Position numbers and translations under genes: made by a program
Shown here: positions 31,157-41,800 of the stretch, one piece after another
Layout: each line of letters begins with the position of its first letter
Numbering within the stretch: the stretch's first letter is position 1
From: an uncultured virus (IMG/VR IMGVR_UViG_3300030098_005439)
Taxonomy: Duplodnaviria; Heunggongvirae; Uroviricota; Caudoviricetes
Strand: one strand, 5' to 3'
DNA length: 64,000 bases
IMG/VR virus record: IMGVR_UViG_3300030098_005439
The notes under the pieces: model-generated
Told to the model about the DNA's origin: nothing
The model's database searches: none
Seen by the model: the letters and a program-made list of their open reading frames with translations, nothing else

Positions 31157-33530
31157 TCGCAGCCTCCAATACTTGAGCAATCGCAGGACCCTGCTCTTCA
31201 GGAGGAAGGGCGGCGATTTGTTGCAATATTTCCATTACTTCAGGATTATCTCCAAATATTTCAGCCATAGCCGCCAAAGCTTGGTCAGGTGGCATCTGAG
31301 AAATCTGTGCGATCATTTCTTGTGGATCAGTCGCCTGTTCAGCCCCTTCTACAGGCGCTTCGGGTGGGGCTTCAGCCGGTGCTCCAGGGGGCGCCTCAAC
31401 GGGCTCTTGAGGTGGTGTAGCTTTAGATTCTTTAGTTTTATCCTGGCTTTCCATAGCCAGTTCAGATTCCAACTCTTCTGGATGAAGGTCCTTGGGTAGA
31501 TCAAATCGTTCAGCAAGTACCTTCATGTAGTTTTTTGCGAACACTCCTGCGGGTCCACCCTTGGTTGCTGTTTCCCAAAGCACACCGTAAGGCTGTAGGA
31601 GAGCAACCAAGTTCTGCTGCATGACACTGTCGCTGAGTGGTGTACGACCGCCTTCGACAAAAGTAATTTCAAAATTGGCGTCCAAATCTTCGACCGTAAC
31701 AACGATTTGTTCACTGCGTTCTCTCAAGATCAAAGTTTCTTGACTGACTTGGAATTCATCACCAATCTTAGAAATACCCTTACTTGGAACCACGTCTTCA
31801 TCTACAAACGGCTCTTGTAGAGTCGCTGTATTTTTGGCCAGAGCCTCATCGACTTGTGCGGCTTCTTTTTCATCCGATGCTGATTTCGCATCAAGCGCAC
31901 GACCACTCAGGGTTTGACCCAATAAGTTGAGTTCTTCAGGGGTCATGTCATCGATTTCACGCTTGGTGGTAATCTGTGAAGCCAAGTCCTTGAAGTCATT
32001 CGACTCAACATCGATTCCAGCCATTTCTGCCATCGACAAAATCTTTTGCTTATCGAAGGTTTCTACGGCTTCTGGCTGTTCGGTTTGCGCGTCATCGTTT
32101 GGTTCCGCACCAACCTCTGCTACATCAACCGACTGATCTTCGTATGCACCTGAACTATCTCCATCATCTTGCATGCACGCAATGAGTGTGCGTAGCAGCA
32201 ATTCAGTAAGATTCGACAACCATTGATCTTTGATTGTCGCATGCAAACCAAACTCTGATTCTGTGTATTGTTGAACCGTTTCTACCTCAAATGCGGTAGC
32301 CTTGGTCACAATGCCTCGGGCCTGTGGGCTTGTGCCAATCACACGCTCGATATCGGTCTCTACGTCACGAACATAGCTTTGTATGTTGCTCGATATGGCA
32401 GCGTTTTGAATTGGCAGGATTGCATCGCCAAGTGGACGCTCAAATCCAGAGTCAACTTCCAAAATCAAACCGTCATGACCCTCTGTAAGTAGAGTCATCT
32501 CTTCAGCATTAAATGTGCCTTTTCTTGTCACATACTGACGCGTGTCCTTCCGCGTAGCCATCGCCATATACGATCGGTATGCATTCAACTCTTTGAATTG
32601 AGGCATAAGCCGTCGAACATGGGCGATACCGCGCAAGGGATACTCAGGCTCATAGTTGAAGATCAACGGTATGATGTGCGCCATCGGCTCACCATCATGG
32701 CGAGCGAAAGGTAGAGGACCCACGTACACCGGTTTTTTCGATGCATCGCCTTGACCCAAAACATATATTTCAAGTCTTCCTTCATACTTAATATCAGGGT
32801 TTTCAGGATCGACGTAGTGGTCGACCAAGTTGCAAAACTCAAGAACGCGAACAAAGTTGTTGTCGTCCTCAGTCTTATCATACCGCTTACGGCTACCTTT
32901 CGTGTCAGCGACGGTGTCGGCACCAGACAAAAAGTCCAACCTTCTCGTACCTGAAATGTCTTCCAAGTTGTACTCTTTTTCGACCTCTTGTTTTGGTCGA
33001 TAATACAAATGACCACGAAAACGCTCGTCGTCTGCATCGGACACTTCGTGATCCAAAAGCATTTCCCAAATGGGAATCACTCGCATCCACACACGATCAA
33101 GGGGGCTACCTCGGCCGTGATGATATCCTACTTTTATACCAGAGCCTGGATACAACAAAGCCTGCCTCAAGGCAGACATGACACGCTCGTGGATTTTACG
33201 ACTGGCCAGCAACCTATTGATTGCCAATTCTGCTTTTTGAGGATCTCCGGTGCCCGCAGGGTCTGGACCCAACACAACACGGCTGGCTCGTGGATACAGG
33301 GCCGAGAGATACGATGTGATTACACCCCACAGGCGGTTTACCTCTACCTCAACCTCGCGTAGACGACGATTGCGCTTAGGCATGTCATCACCAGTCATGT
33401 ACTCCCAATATCGAGTCATGTAGGTGTGCTTATACAACGACCAATCCTTACGGTGTCTTCTTGCATAGCGGTCATGTGAACGAACGAATTCGTGTACAAG
33501 TTTCGGTGATATTTGATCTGTTTCTTTCAC
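31143..33530 (-). CDS. Portal protein
   Basis: 795 aa after TerL; KATAFEV motif; long acidic/Pro C-terminal tail. Confidence 0.8.
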   Translation of the reverse strand: MKETDQISPKLVHEFVRSHDRYARRHRKDWSLYKHTYMTRYWEYMTGDDMPKRNRRLREVEVEVNRLWGVITSYLSALYPRASRVVLGPDPAGTGDPQKAELAINRLLASRKIHERVMSALRQALLYPGSGIKVGYHHGRGSPLDRVWMRVIPIWEMLLDHEVSDADDERFRGHLYYRPKQEVEKEYNLEDISGTRRLDFLSGADTVADTKGSRKRYDKTEDDNNFVRVLEFCNLVDHYVDPENPDIKYEGRLEIYVLGQGDASKKPVYVGPLPFARHDGEPMAHIIPLIFNYEPEYPLRGIAHVRRLMPQFKELNAYRSYMAMATRKDTRQYVTRKGTFNAEEMTLLTEGHDGLILEVDSGFERPLGDAILPIQNAAISSNIQSYVRDVETDIERVIGTSPQARGIVTKATAFEVETVQQYTESEFGLHATIKDQWLSNLTELLLRTLIACMQDDGDSSGAYEDQSVDVAEVGAEPNDDAQTEQPEAVETFDKQKILSMAEMAGIDVESNDFKDLASQITTKREIDDMTPEELNLLGQTLSGRALDAKSASDEKEAAQVDEALAKNTATLQEPFVDEDVVPSKGISKIGDEFQVSQETLILRERSEQIVVTVEDLDANFEITFVEGGRTPLSDSVMQQNLVALLQPYGVLWETATKGGPAGVFAKNYMKVLAERFDLPKDLHPEELESELAMESQDKTKESKATPPQEPVEAPPGAPAEAPPEAPVEGAEQATDPQEMIAQISQMPPDQALAAMAEIFGDNPEVMEILQQIAALPPEEQGPAIAQVLEAASASL

Positions 33531-35095
33531 GATACCTTCGCTCCGCTCAAAACATTAAAAGGATTTCTGCGAGCATGATATCGCTTTGTCCCTCTTTTGG
33601 GAATATCCTTAGCCTGTGGCATTTTACGACGATTCCACTCAGCAAGCATTAACGCATCTGAATGGTCGTCGTGATAACCATCTTGTCCTTCGATTTTTCC
33701 ATTGTGTTCACGAATATGCATCAATTCTTGAACCGTAGATAAATCGTTCAAAGTTAGAATGTCGGCGTTCACAACTTGACGTAAGTGAGCATAGGCCTCT
33801 TCTTTACTTCCGCGAGTTGTGGTCCAATATTTGGGAGTTTTACTGCCCGCTTGCCCTGGTGCTGGTGGCTTATGCCACAAAGGCAATCCGGCCTTTTGAA
33901 ACTCTCGAATAACCACTGGACCTGCACCACCCGTGTTTGCCTCGATTAACGTCCTGGCTTTGTTGTAATGCATCGCCAACTCAGCAGCCTTTTGAGCAAA
34001 CAGAATCTCACCACCTTGATTCATCGATAAAGTCGCCACTTGACGACCGTCTGCACTCAAAACTTGAGCAACCGCATTGTCTCCACCGTTACACCATGAA
34101 GGATCGACACCAACTGAGTAATTTAATCCAGGGTACGGCCTCTCATAAATCCTCAACTCACCCTCTACGGGCTTGAGTGAAGACAATACGCTGTTGAGAT
34201 AATCAGTATCAAACCAACTACCGTCATGAATGGCAAAGCCGTCCTCAATAGTAAGGGGATACTCCCGCCTAAAGCGACGAATACCGATCCCATTTACACC
34301 ATGAATCTTATCGTGACGCCAATACAATTGACGCATTGTAAGGTTGTGCTGCTGACCTAAAACCCACTCTTCTTGATCTGGTTCCCAACCATCTGGCACG
34401 TCTGCCTGATATGCCCAATGGTCAGACCATTTGAAAAAACGAAAGCGAACAGACTTGTCTCCACGCTGCTTTGCCTCAATCGCACTCAAAACTTTGGAAT
34501 GGAAAAGATTGCCGGGTCCGTCAGCGGTAGAAATAATAATAATCTTCTTGTGTGGGCCTTCGTGAAGCGTCGAAGTAACAGACGCCCATACGTCTTCAGC
34601 ATTCGGCCAGAACGCCAACTCATCGGCGTGTAGACGCTGATACGTCCAACCACGAGCATCACTCTTACCGCCTGCAGTCATGCACCGGAAACCGGCCATA
34701 CTGTCTTTAAATATCAACTCGCGCTTGTTTGAGCGCTCAATGGGTTTCTTGAGCATCTCAGGCAACGACCGGTAGTAATGACGAACACGACCGAAAATAG
34801 CATCGGTAGAGTCATAGGAGTCAGCCACAACAAGACAACGTGCTGGATCTTGAACCCAATACAAATAATTAAAGTTGTACGCAGTAGCTACGGTGGTGTC
34901 ACCAATCTGACGTGGTTTGTAATGAATCACAGTCTCAGCATCAGAACAGAAGTCCTGTAACGCCATGACTTGTTCAGCAAACGGTGTATTAAACGAGCGC
35001 TCCTGGCCTTTCTCATCAACAATCTTCAGACGACCAATAAACTCGCCTGGATGACTTGCTAACTGTGCAAGCAGCTTTTTATCGTTCGCATTCAC
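33527..35095 (-). CDS. terL: Terminase large subunit
   Basis: KPRQIGDTT (Walker A), LHADELAFW (Walker B), STADG, GVDPS and HDDHSDAL nuclease motifs. Confidence 0.92.
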   Translation of the reverse strand: MNANDKKLLAQLASHPGEFIGRLKIVDEKGQERSFNTPFAEQVMALQDFCSDAETVIHYKPRQIGDTTVATAYNFNYLYWVQDPARCLVVADSYDSTDAIFGRVRHYYRSLPEMLKKPIERSNKRELIFKDSMAGFRCMTAGGKSDARGWTYQRLHADELAFWPNAEDVWASVTSTLHEGPHKKIIIISTADGPGNLFHSKVLSAIEAKQRGDKSVRFRFFKWSDHWAYQADVPDGWEPDQEEWVLGQQHNLTMRQLYWRHDKIHGVNGIGIRRFRREYPLTIEDGFAIHDGSWFDTDYLNSVLSSLKPVEGELRIYERPYPGLNYSVGVDPSWCNGGDNAVAQVLSADGRQVATLSMNQGGEILFAQKAAELAMHYNKARTLIEANTGGAGPVVIREFQKAGLPLWHKPPAPGQAGSKTPKYWTTTRGSKEEAYAHLRQVVNADILTLNDLSTVQELMHIREHNGKIEGQDGYHDDHSDALMLAEWNRRKMPQAKDIPKRGTKRYHARRNPFNVLSGAKVS

Positions 35096-35655
35096 TACGC
35101 CTCACCTGGCTCAACTTTCCAAGACTCACCACCACCATCATTAAAGTAAGCGCGTAGCTGAATCAACGACTCGCTATCTGCTGCATCTTTCTTGGCCGCT
35201 GCAGAATCAAATCGAGTCTTTGCATACTGACGATACGCCCACTCTTCACCTTCACCCATGGCATCGCGAACACCGGTCCAGTACTGCATGTCCATCATCT
35301 TAAATTCCTCTTCAGAAATCTCAGAAGTGTCGGGAAACTCATCGTAAAACCAACCAAGAAAACGATCGTCTTCCTTGCACCAACGTGACCACGTTCGTTC
35401 ATTTACAGCAACGCCTTGATACTCTTTTGCCTTCGATGCCTTGTACCACTCACCACGGAAAAAACGTTTACGTTGAGCCAATCGGTAAGCTAAAGAACGA
35501 AATTTTTCTTGCTGTGGGGTAGGTCGAAACCCGTTATCATCTGGCTTCAACCATTCGTTGACCTGTGGATTATTTATATGATCTACCTCTGATGAAATAT
35601 CGACCACGACATCACAATCATTAGCATCGTTAAAACCATCTTTTTCGTCAGACAT
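35095..35655 (-). CDS. Probable terminase small subunit
   Basis: Coupled upstream of terL; HTH-like VNERTWSRW. Confidence 0.55.
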   Translation of the reverse strand: MSDEKDGFNDANDCDVVVDISSEVDHINNPQVNEWLKPDDNGFRPTPQQEKFRSLAYRLAQRKRFFRGEWYKASKAKEYQGVAVNERTWSRWCKEDDRFLGWFYDEFPDTSEISEEEFKMMDMQYWTGVRDAMGEGEEWAYRQYAKTRFDSAAAKKDAADSESLIQLRAYFNDGGGESWKVEPGEA

Positions 35656-35699
35656 TTGTTCTCCTTATCATCCATTATCACACAGTATAGGAGTTATAC

Positions 35700-35870
35700 A
35701 TGCCTAATAACTTTGAAGAAGACTATAGAAAATTTAATGAAGTTCTTAAAAAGCTTCGGTCAGATGGAAAAATAAGCGATGAACCTCCACCATCTGACAA
35801 GATAGCAAAAAGAAAATACATCGAAAAACTAACTGAACTTTTCAAAAAAGAAGTCTACGGGTCAGACTAA
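35700..35870 (+). CDS. 56-aa protein on the opposite strand (not in ORF track)
   Basis: TAGGAG RBS; MPNNFEEDYRKFNEVLKKLRSDGKISDEPPPSDKIAKRKYIEKLTELFKKEVYGSD*; fills the terS-ssb gap exactly. Confidence 0.6.
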   Translation: MPNNFEEDYRKFNEVLKKLRSDGKISDEPPPSDKIAKRKYIEKLTELFKKEVYGSD

Positions 35871-36262
35871 AACGGAATGTGCTCATCGTTTACAGGAAAC
35901 CCGTTGCTCTGTGACTGAGCAATCGGTGCGTTATCGTTTTTACCACCGAGAAAACGCACGTTGTCTGCAACAATCTCTGTAGAGTACCGATCGTTTCCAG
36001 ACTTATCGGTGTATTTGCGAGTCTGAATCTTACCTTCGACGTAAATTTCTTTACCTTTTGTGCAAAACTTGGCGACGTTTTCAGCGGTGCGGCCCCAAAT
36101 CGTTACGCTGTGCCATTCTGTGTGAGGCACCCACTCATCGCCTTCTTTACGTCGATCGGTCGTGGCCATACGAACATTTACAACATTTGTTCCAGATGCT
36201 GTTGTTCGTAGTTCGGGGTCAACGCCAAGACGGCCTACTAAGATTGCTTTATTTACACTCAT
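35867..36262 (-). CDS. ssb: Single-stranded DNA-binding protein
   Basis: VNKAILVGRLG.DPE, TEWH.V..WG, KG..IYVEGK..TR; C-terminal IPF. Confidence 0.95.
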   Translation of the reverse strand: MSVNKAILVGRLGVDPELRTTASGTNVVNVRMATTDRRKEGDEWVPHTEWHSVTIWGRTAENVAKFCTKGKEIYVEGKIQTRKYTDKSGNDRYSTEIVADNVRFLGGKNDNAPIAQSQSNGFPVNDEHIPF

Positions 36263-36609
36263 TTTTTCTTCCTATTTTCATATTTTTTGTAACCAATCGC
36301 CAACGCTTTTTTTCGTTCATCGTCAGTCATCTTGGGTTTCTTACTGTATTCCATACGCATATGCTTTGCCAGAAACTTATCTTCAGATGGATTCCCATAC
36401 TCTGCGTGTTGCTTTCCTTTTCGTATCGCTTTTCTTTTTGCGCGAGTATCAGCAGCAGTTTTTTGTGGTGAATCCTTAGCGTGTTCAGCAGAAGGCTTGT
36501 ATCGTTCACCCGTAGCATCAGGACCCTGAATACTTGGCTTACCAGACTTTGTGCGCCATTTTTGTTTGGTCCACTTTTTTAAACTTCGTTGTGATTTTTT
36601 AAGGGCCAT
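36259..36609 (-). CDS. Small basic protein (C-terminal half of a DUF5872-like family)
   Basis: SQRSLKKWTKQKWRTKSGK...GERY.P; TAATG coupling. Confidence 0.65.
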   Translation of the reverse strand: MALKKSQRSLKKWTKQKWRTKSGKPSIQGPDATGERYKPSAEHAKDSPQKTAADTRAKRKAIRKGKQHAEYGNPSEDKFLAKHMRMEYSKKPKMTDDERKKALAIGYKKYENRKKK

Positions 36610-37151
36610 TATTTGTAACCGCCACCAGCTTTCTTGTATGCCTGCGCAAGCATTTGAGCCTTCCTTGCAGACCACTGACCAGGCTTGCCGCCTTTACCTC
36701 CAGCCTTAATGCGTCGAAATTGACGTTTACGCATCGCTGGCTTGGTATAATTACCGGCTTCGTTTACCCGACTTTTAGATTTTTTTTTTGGGTTTCCAAC
36801 CTCATACATTTCACCGCCAATAGGATTACCTTGAGCGATAATAATTACACCCGGTGAGGTCATTTTAGGCATATCCATCATGGAATCAGAAGAGTCCTTC
36901 ATCATCTGTTCCAACTCGCGCATTAAAGACTCAGACAAAAAACCGTCCATATTCAACTCTACAATGCACTCTGGATGAGAAATCAGAGCGTATTTTACCT
37001 CTTGGTTGATATCAGTTGGCTGAAGCGGTCCAGAATCTCTCTTGAACATGGACATGGCACGCAAACCATCGACCATGTCGATCTCACCAGCAGGCTTCTC
37101 TTCTTGATCCATAAAGTCATCACGAGACATTGCATGATCATAAAAAAACAT
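36609..37151 (-). CDS. Protein with C-terminal DUF5872-like basic module
   Basis: NYTKP.MR...GGKGGKPGQWSARKAQMLA..YKK.GGGY; TGATG coupling. Confidence 0.65.
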   Translation of the reverse strand: MFFYDHAMSRDDFMDQEEKPAGEIDMVDGLRAMSMFKRDSGPLQPTDINQEVKYALISHPECIVELNMDGFLSESLMRELEQMMKDSSDSMMDMPKMTSPGVIIIAQGNPIGGEMYEVGNPKKKSKSRVNEAGNYTKPAMRKRQFRRIKAGGKGGKPGQWSARKAQMLAQAYKKAGGGYK

Positions 37152-37564
37152 CAGTTCACCCTCCCTGCCCAAACCTTGCAAACACGCATCGAGGCACATT
37201 TGAAATCTAAAGCTTGGCAATAACCCAACTCACCCGCAGCTACGGCCATTTCAGGCTCGGCTTCATCACCGATGCCTTTCTCAATGCATTCCAGCATCTG
37301 AGGTGATCGATCAAAAAAAGAACAGTTTCCGCAACGCATCTGCATCACATTTTCGATCGTATCATTGAACATCTCGGCGTATTGACGCCAAAACTGCTCA
37401 TTACCACCAGCATCATCCAACTGAGGGTTTGCGGGGCCGTACATCTTTGTGTCGATGGCTTCCTGCCTGTTCTTGAGATTCAAGTCGAGGTCTTGGGTGG
37501 CACGAGGACATGCATTTGGCTGACCATGCTCACGCATTCTGCTCATAAGAAAGTTGTCGTGCAT
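37151..37564 (-). CDS. Cys-rich hypothetical protein
   Basis: YGPANP, CGNCSFF, GYC..LDFKC...RVC..W; TAATG coupling. Confidence 0.65.
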   Translation of the reverse strand: MHDNFLMSRMREHGQPNACPRATQDLDLNLKNRQEAIDTKMYGPANPQLDDAGGNEQFWRQYAEMFNDTIENVMQMRCGNCSFFDRSPQMLECIEKGIGDEAEPEMAVAAGELGYCQALDFKCASMRVCKVWAGRVN

Positions 37565-37863
37565 TAGCCCTTCACCTTCGATCCAGCGCGCCATTGAAAG
37601 CAAGACCAGTACTTTGCAGTCAGCTTGTTTTTCGCAGCAGGCTTGTCGCATCCATGACGAGACCTAAAGTTCTTTCGAGCCTTGGGGTTGTCACGTCTAA
37701 TCGCCATCTTGGCATCACCGAAGCGAATGACTTTCTTTTTGCCGCCTGAACTGGCCACAACAACAAACTTCTTTTTTCCGTATCCAGGCTCGCCCTTACG
37801 GATGCGACGGGGCTTGTTGGTTTTCATGCCCCCTTTCAACAATGCATCTGCGGACTGAGCCAT
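37564..37863 (-). CDS. Small basic phage protein
   Basis: KKFVV...IRFGD...RKNFRSRHGC...YWSC..W pattern. Confidence 0.7.
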   Translation of the reverse strand: MAQSADALLKGGMKTNKPRRIRKGEPGYGKKKFVVVASSGGKKKVIRFGDAKMAIRRDNPKARKNFRSRHGCDKPAAKNKLTAKYWSCFQWRAGSKVKG

Positions 37864-37864
37864 T

Positions 37865-38284
37865 TTACATTCCGTATTTAGACTTGCTTCGCTTCATGTA
37901 CGGATTGCCGGTTTCAGACTTCATGCCTTCAGCAATCTTGCCAACACGCTTGGATTGATCTCCGTGAAGCTTAGACGCCTTGCCTAACTGACCTGAAATA
38001 TCTTCGAGGTCCTCTTTTGGGCCACCAACTTCACTGAGGCGTGGTAGCTTATCAAACTTTCGTTTCATAAACTTATCCATAGCCATTTTTGATGCACGGT
38101 CCCTGTCCATCCTGCCTTGGGCAGTGACGCCAGGGTTGCCCATTTCAGACTCGACATTTGCCTTGAGTGGTTGCGCAGCCATGCGAGGATTACGACCACG
38201 CTTCATGCGGATCTCTTTCGCCTGGTTCAGGGCCTCCATGCGACGTTTATCGTCCATGCTTGCTGGTCGTTTTTTTCGCATCAT
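37865..38284 (-). CDS. Basic Met/Lys/Arg-rich protein
   Basis: Coupled ORF; two ExGNP motifs. Confidence 0.6.
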   Translation of the reverse strand: MMRKKRPASMDDKRRMEALNQAKEIRMKRGRNPRMAAQPLKANVESEMGNPGVTAQGRMDRDRASKMAMDKFMKRKFDKLPRLSEVGGPKEDLEDISGQLGKASKLHGDQSKRVGKIAEGMKSETGNPYMKRSKSKYGM

Positions 38285-38844
38285 TCCATCATCCCTTGGC
38301 GCAACATTTTATCTGCACCGGTTTTCTCTTCACGCTCTGCAAACTCCATTGCCTCTGCGTAACCAAGACGCTTGATATCGCTACTGGTCATGTTGCCCAT
38401 GAAGATAGAACTACGGGCACGGTTGGCCTCTTCAGTGGAACCAGACAACTCATCGATAATGTTTGGCGACTCGGCCTTCATCTTTTGGTAGTCTTCGAGT
38501 CCTTGGCGGAAACCAACGTCAAAAGCAGACTGACCACGCAACTCAGCAAGCTTGGCTGACGCAGCAGCATCATATTGCATGGATACCGGTACTGATGGCG
38601 GTTGTCGCTCTGTCAACATGGAGGCAGAGTCACTTGGTGGAACATTTGGCAGGGCCATAGGTGTAGAAACAGGAGTCATGTCCCTCGCTGAAAATGTTCT
38701 TGATCGATCAAATGGAGGCATACGAGACGAATCAACCATCCGTTCAGCCTTCGCCCTCATTTCGGCGCGACTAGCCCCAGGGTTTTCTTCCATTGTCCGT
38801 TGTGCCATTTCATAAGCCGCTTCAGGACCCATACGACGAGCCAT
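38281..38844 (-). CDS. Hypothetical protein
   Basis: AGGAGG RBS. Confidence 0.65.
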   Translation of the reverse strand: MARRMGPEAAYEMAQRTMEENPGASRAEMRAKAERMVDSSRMPPFDRSRTFSARDMTPVSTPMALPNVPPSDSASMLTERQPPSVPVSMQYDAAASAKLAELRGQSAFDVGFRQGLEDYQKMKAESPNIIDELSGSTEEANRARSSIFMGNMTSSDIKRLGYAEAMEFAEREEKTGADKMLRQGMME

Positions 38845-38852
38845 ACTGCCTC

Positions 38853-41800
38853 CTAAACTAACTCTACGTTACCTAACAACTCTTTATATAACAAGTATGA
38901 TATCAAGCCTGTTTCTTTTAGAGCCTCAAGATTGTAATAATCTTTTGCCAGTATACGCTTTTGATCATTATTAAGCTGCACTGTCTGTACAGGATGCTCA
39001 AAAAACTTAGCTTTTTGATACAAATAACGATTCAAATCTCCAGATTTACCAAACATATCTAACATTGGACCACCGTTTCCAATGGTTTCCTTCAGTCTCT
39101 TACGTTGTTTGTTTTCCTGAGAAGCGCGTAAATCAGCGTCCAAAAGCATCGGATCGCCCGAATATCCCGTGTTTACAAACAAACGAACGTCATCATAGCC
39201 CTGAATGCCCTTGGGGTCAGTGTCATAATACGTGTCCGAGCCCATCAGATACCGATCATACTCAGACTCATCGAGTTGCCTACCCGCTTCTGAAAATTTA
39301 TCTGCTGAGTCATCATACCATTCAGCCAATAGCTTACCACGCTTACCGATCTTGTCCTCTTCGTTAAGGCTTGCATACTCAGCTTCAATCAGGCCCATTT
39401 GTGTATAAAGGTCCTGTGCTTCATTGCTCAGTCCAATCATCTTCTCCACAAGTGCAGCAGTCTCTGAGAAGTCGATTGCTTGGCTGTATCCGCCCTCGTA
39501 AGACACGGGCTCGTACTCTGGGGGCTCTGAGAGTGGGTTACCCTGCTCTTCTTGTCGCTGTGACCGTACAGCGGCAGCAGCAGGGACTGCAGCGCCCACT
39601 CCGATGCCCTTGAGTATGTTTCCGCTTGGGTCAAACGTTCCTACGTTGCCGGTAGCTGACTTGATTTGCTCGGGATTAAACGCCATATAGTGGTAGGTGC
39701 CTGGAGTTACGTCGGCCATCCCTGGAATTCTGCCCCCTGCAAAACCTTGTCTTGGACCAAAGAAGTGGTGTGCATCTGCGATAATTCCATCGAATCCCAT
39801 ATTTTCGAATACCTGACGAATAAACTCTGTGTTTTCGAGACCACCAGTGTCTGATTGAAAGTAGTATTCACCACCTTTTATTTCTTTGTAAATGTCCAGC
39901 GCGTCTATCTCTCCATCATCAGAGTTTTCTACAATAAAACTTTTTAATTTTTGCGCATTAAAAAGGCCCGGCGATCCCTGCAACTTAGTGCGATTATCGA
40001 AATCATACGCAACATCATCAATGGCCTCAAGCAAGTCGATTACTGAGCCGCTTTCATCAACGATGTCACCGGCCTCGTCGTACTCAAACTCCAGATTAAA
40101 CGTCGTCCTGCCCTTAGTGCCGGATGGGTCCAAGTAGACGGGGTTCTCGATATTTACATACGTCTTCATGACGCTAAAGTTTTCGTCACCAAGAACGATT
40201 TGTCGGGCAATTTGTTCGATCAGGTCGGGCTCAAATTCGTCTTTGAGTTTCTCTACATTTCCGGTCTTAATCGCCTCAAGCAATTCAGTATCCGTCGACT
40301 CAGTTCGGTCCATATATCGCTGGGCCGCGTCCAAGATGTCGTCGTCATCAAAATCGTCAAGATCTTGAATGCGATCAAACTCTCGTTCCACCCTGTTTTT
40401 GATGTCAGGGCCTTCTGCGCGAGCATAGTTGAGGTTTACATCGTCAACATTGTCGCTGAAGTAGATGGCCGAGCCAAACGCGCCTTCAGATGAACCTATA
40501 CGAAACTCATTAAAGTCGCCCGATGTTCCATGAAATACGGGCAACACTTCGCCATCTTCATCGACTACCTTGGAGTTACCAAACTTTCTCTTAAAGTATG
40601 GAGACTCTGTACCCATTTCGCGCCACAAACGAGCAGCCTCAACAGCCTCATCTTCAGTCTTGGCACCGGCTGTGGCTACGTCTGTGGCGGCGGGGGGCTT
40701 GGCTTTGGTTGATTTAACTGCTTCCTTCGAAGCGTCTGCTTGCTCTGCTGCTTTTCTACCGGCCATCAGGTCACGAACTAAATCGTCTAGTTCTTTCTTT
40801 TGTTTGTACTCAGCGGAGAAGTCAGGCAACTCTGTTTTGACTGCCTTGCCGGGTGGAGTCTCCCCACCGGGAAACCGAGCAAACTCTGGCTCAACCCATG
40901 ACATGCGGGCTGTGAATCGTTCTTCGCCTTCATCAATGTACTTTTGAAGCTTCGCTAAAGAATCGCGAACGTCAGTGTATCGCTGCTCACCAAGCGCGAC
41001 AGCCGCGTCATTCGCAAGCCTTTGCACCTCATTGTAAACAGGAACCTTTCGGTGCTCATCGGCGTACTTGGCCAGCTTCTCATCAAACTTTTTGACCCAC
41101 TCATCGCGAGTCATAGATGGGTAGCCGCCCTCCATCATCATAGAATATCTTTCGTAACCCTTATCCAAAAGCTTCTTGCGATAACTTTTGTCAGTCAAAA
41201 CATCTTGCAAAGGCGGTGTCTCGAAGCCCATAAGCAAACTGCCATGAGTCTTACCAACTTTTTCGGCTACTGGCCCGTAGGCACGATGACCCAACCGCGC
41301 CGTGAGATCCCCGATATGTTCAGCTAAATAACCAGCCGGACCCTCACCTATATTGTGAACCCTAAACCTCTCCATAGCGCTCTCTGGAGCGCCACGCTGA
41401 ATCCGGTTCATTTCAGAAAAAGCTGCCTCAATCTCGTCAGGTGTCTCGGGCAGCTTCGCCGGGGCTGCGAAGGTCATTTGTATCGGCTTGACTGTGGCGA
41501 CATCTGTGGCAGCGGGGGGCATGGCTGCGTCAGCACGATATGTCTTACCAACAGGAAGGTAGTTTGGATCATAGTCGTCGCTATCTGGAACGTGCCACGC
41601 TGCATCTGGAGTGACTGCTTTACCATCCGTAGCTTTCTTGTCGGGCAATAGCTTGACATTCGACGTGGGATCGACCAAGCCCTGCATCATTTCGGGCGTG
41701 ATGTCTCTGCCTCTATCGATCGCCCCACTACCAAATACGTGAACAGGAACCGGAACGTCGGGCTGAATAGAATTAATCGCAGCCATACGGCCACGACCCT

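Noticed and set aside
38770..38800. MEENPGA and ExGNP as 2A ribosome-skipping peptides
   Set aside because: They do not fit D(V/I)ExNPGP, and 2A skipping is a eukaryotic-ribosome phenomenon.
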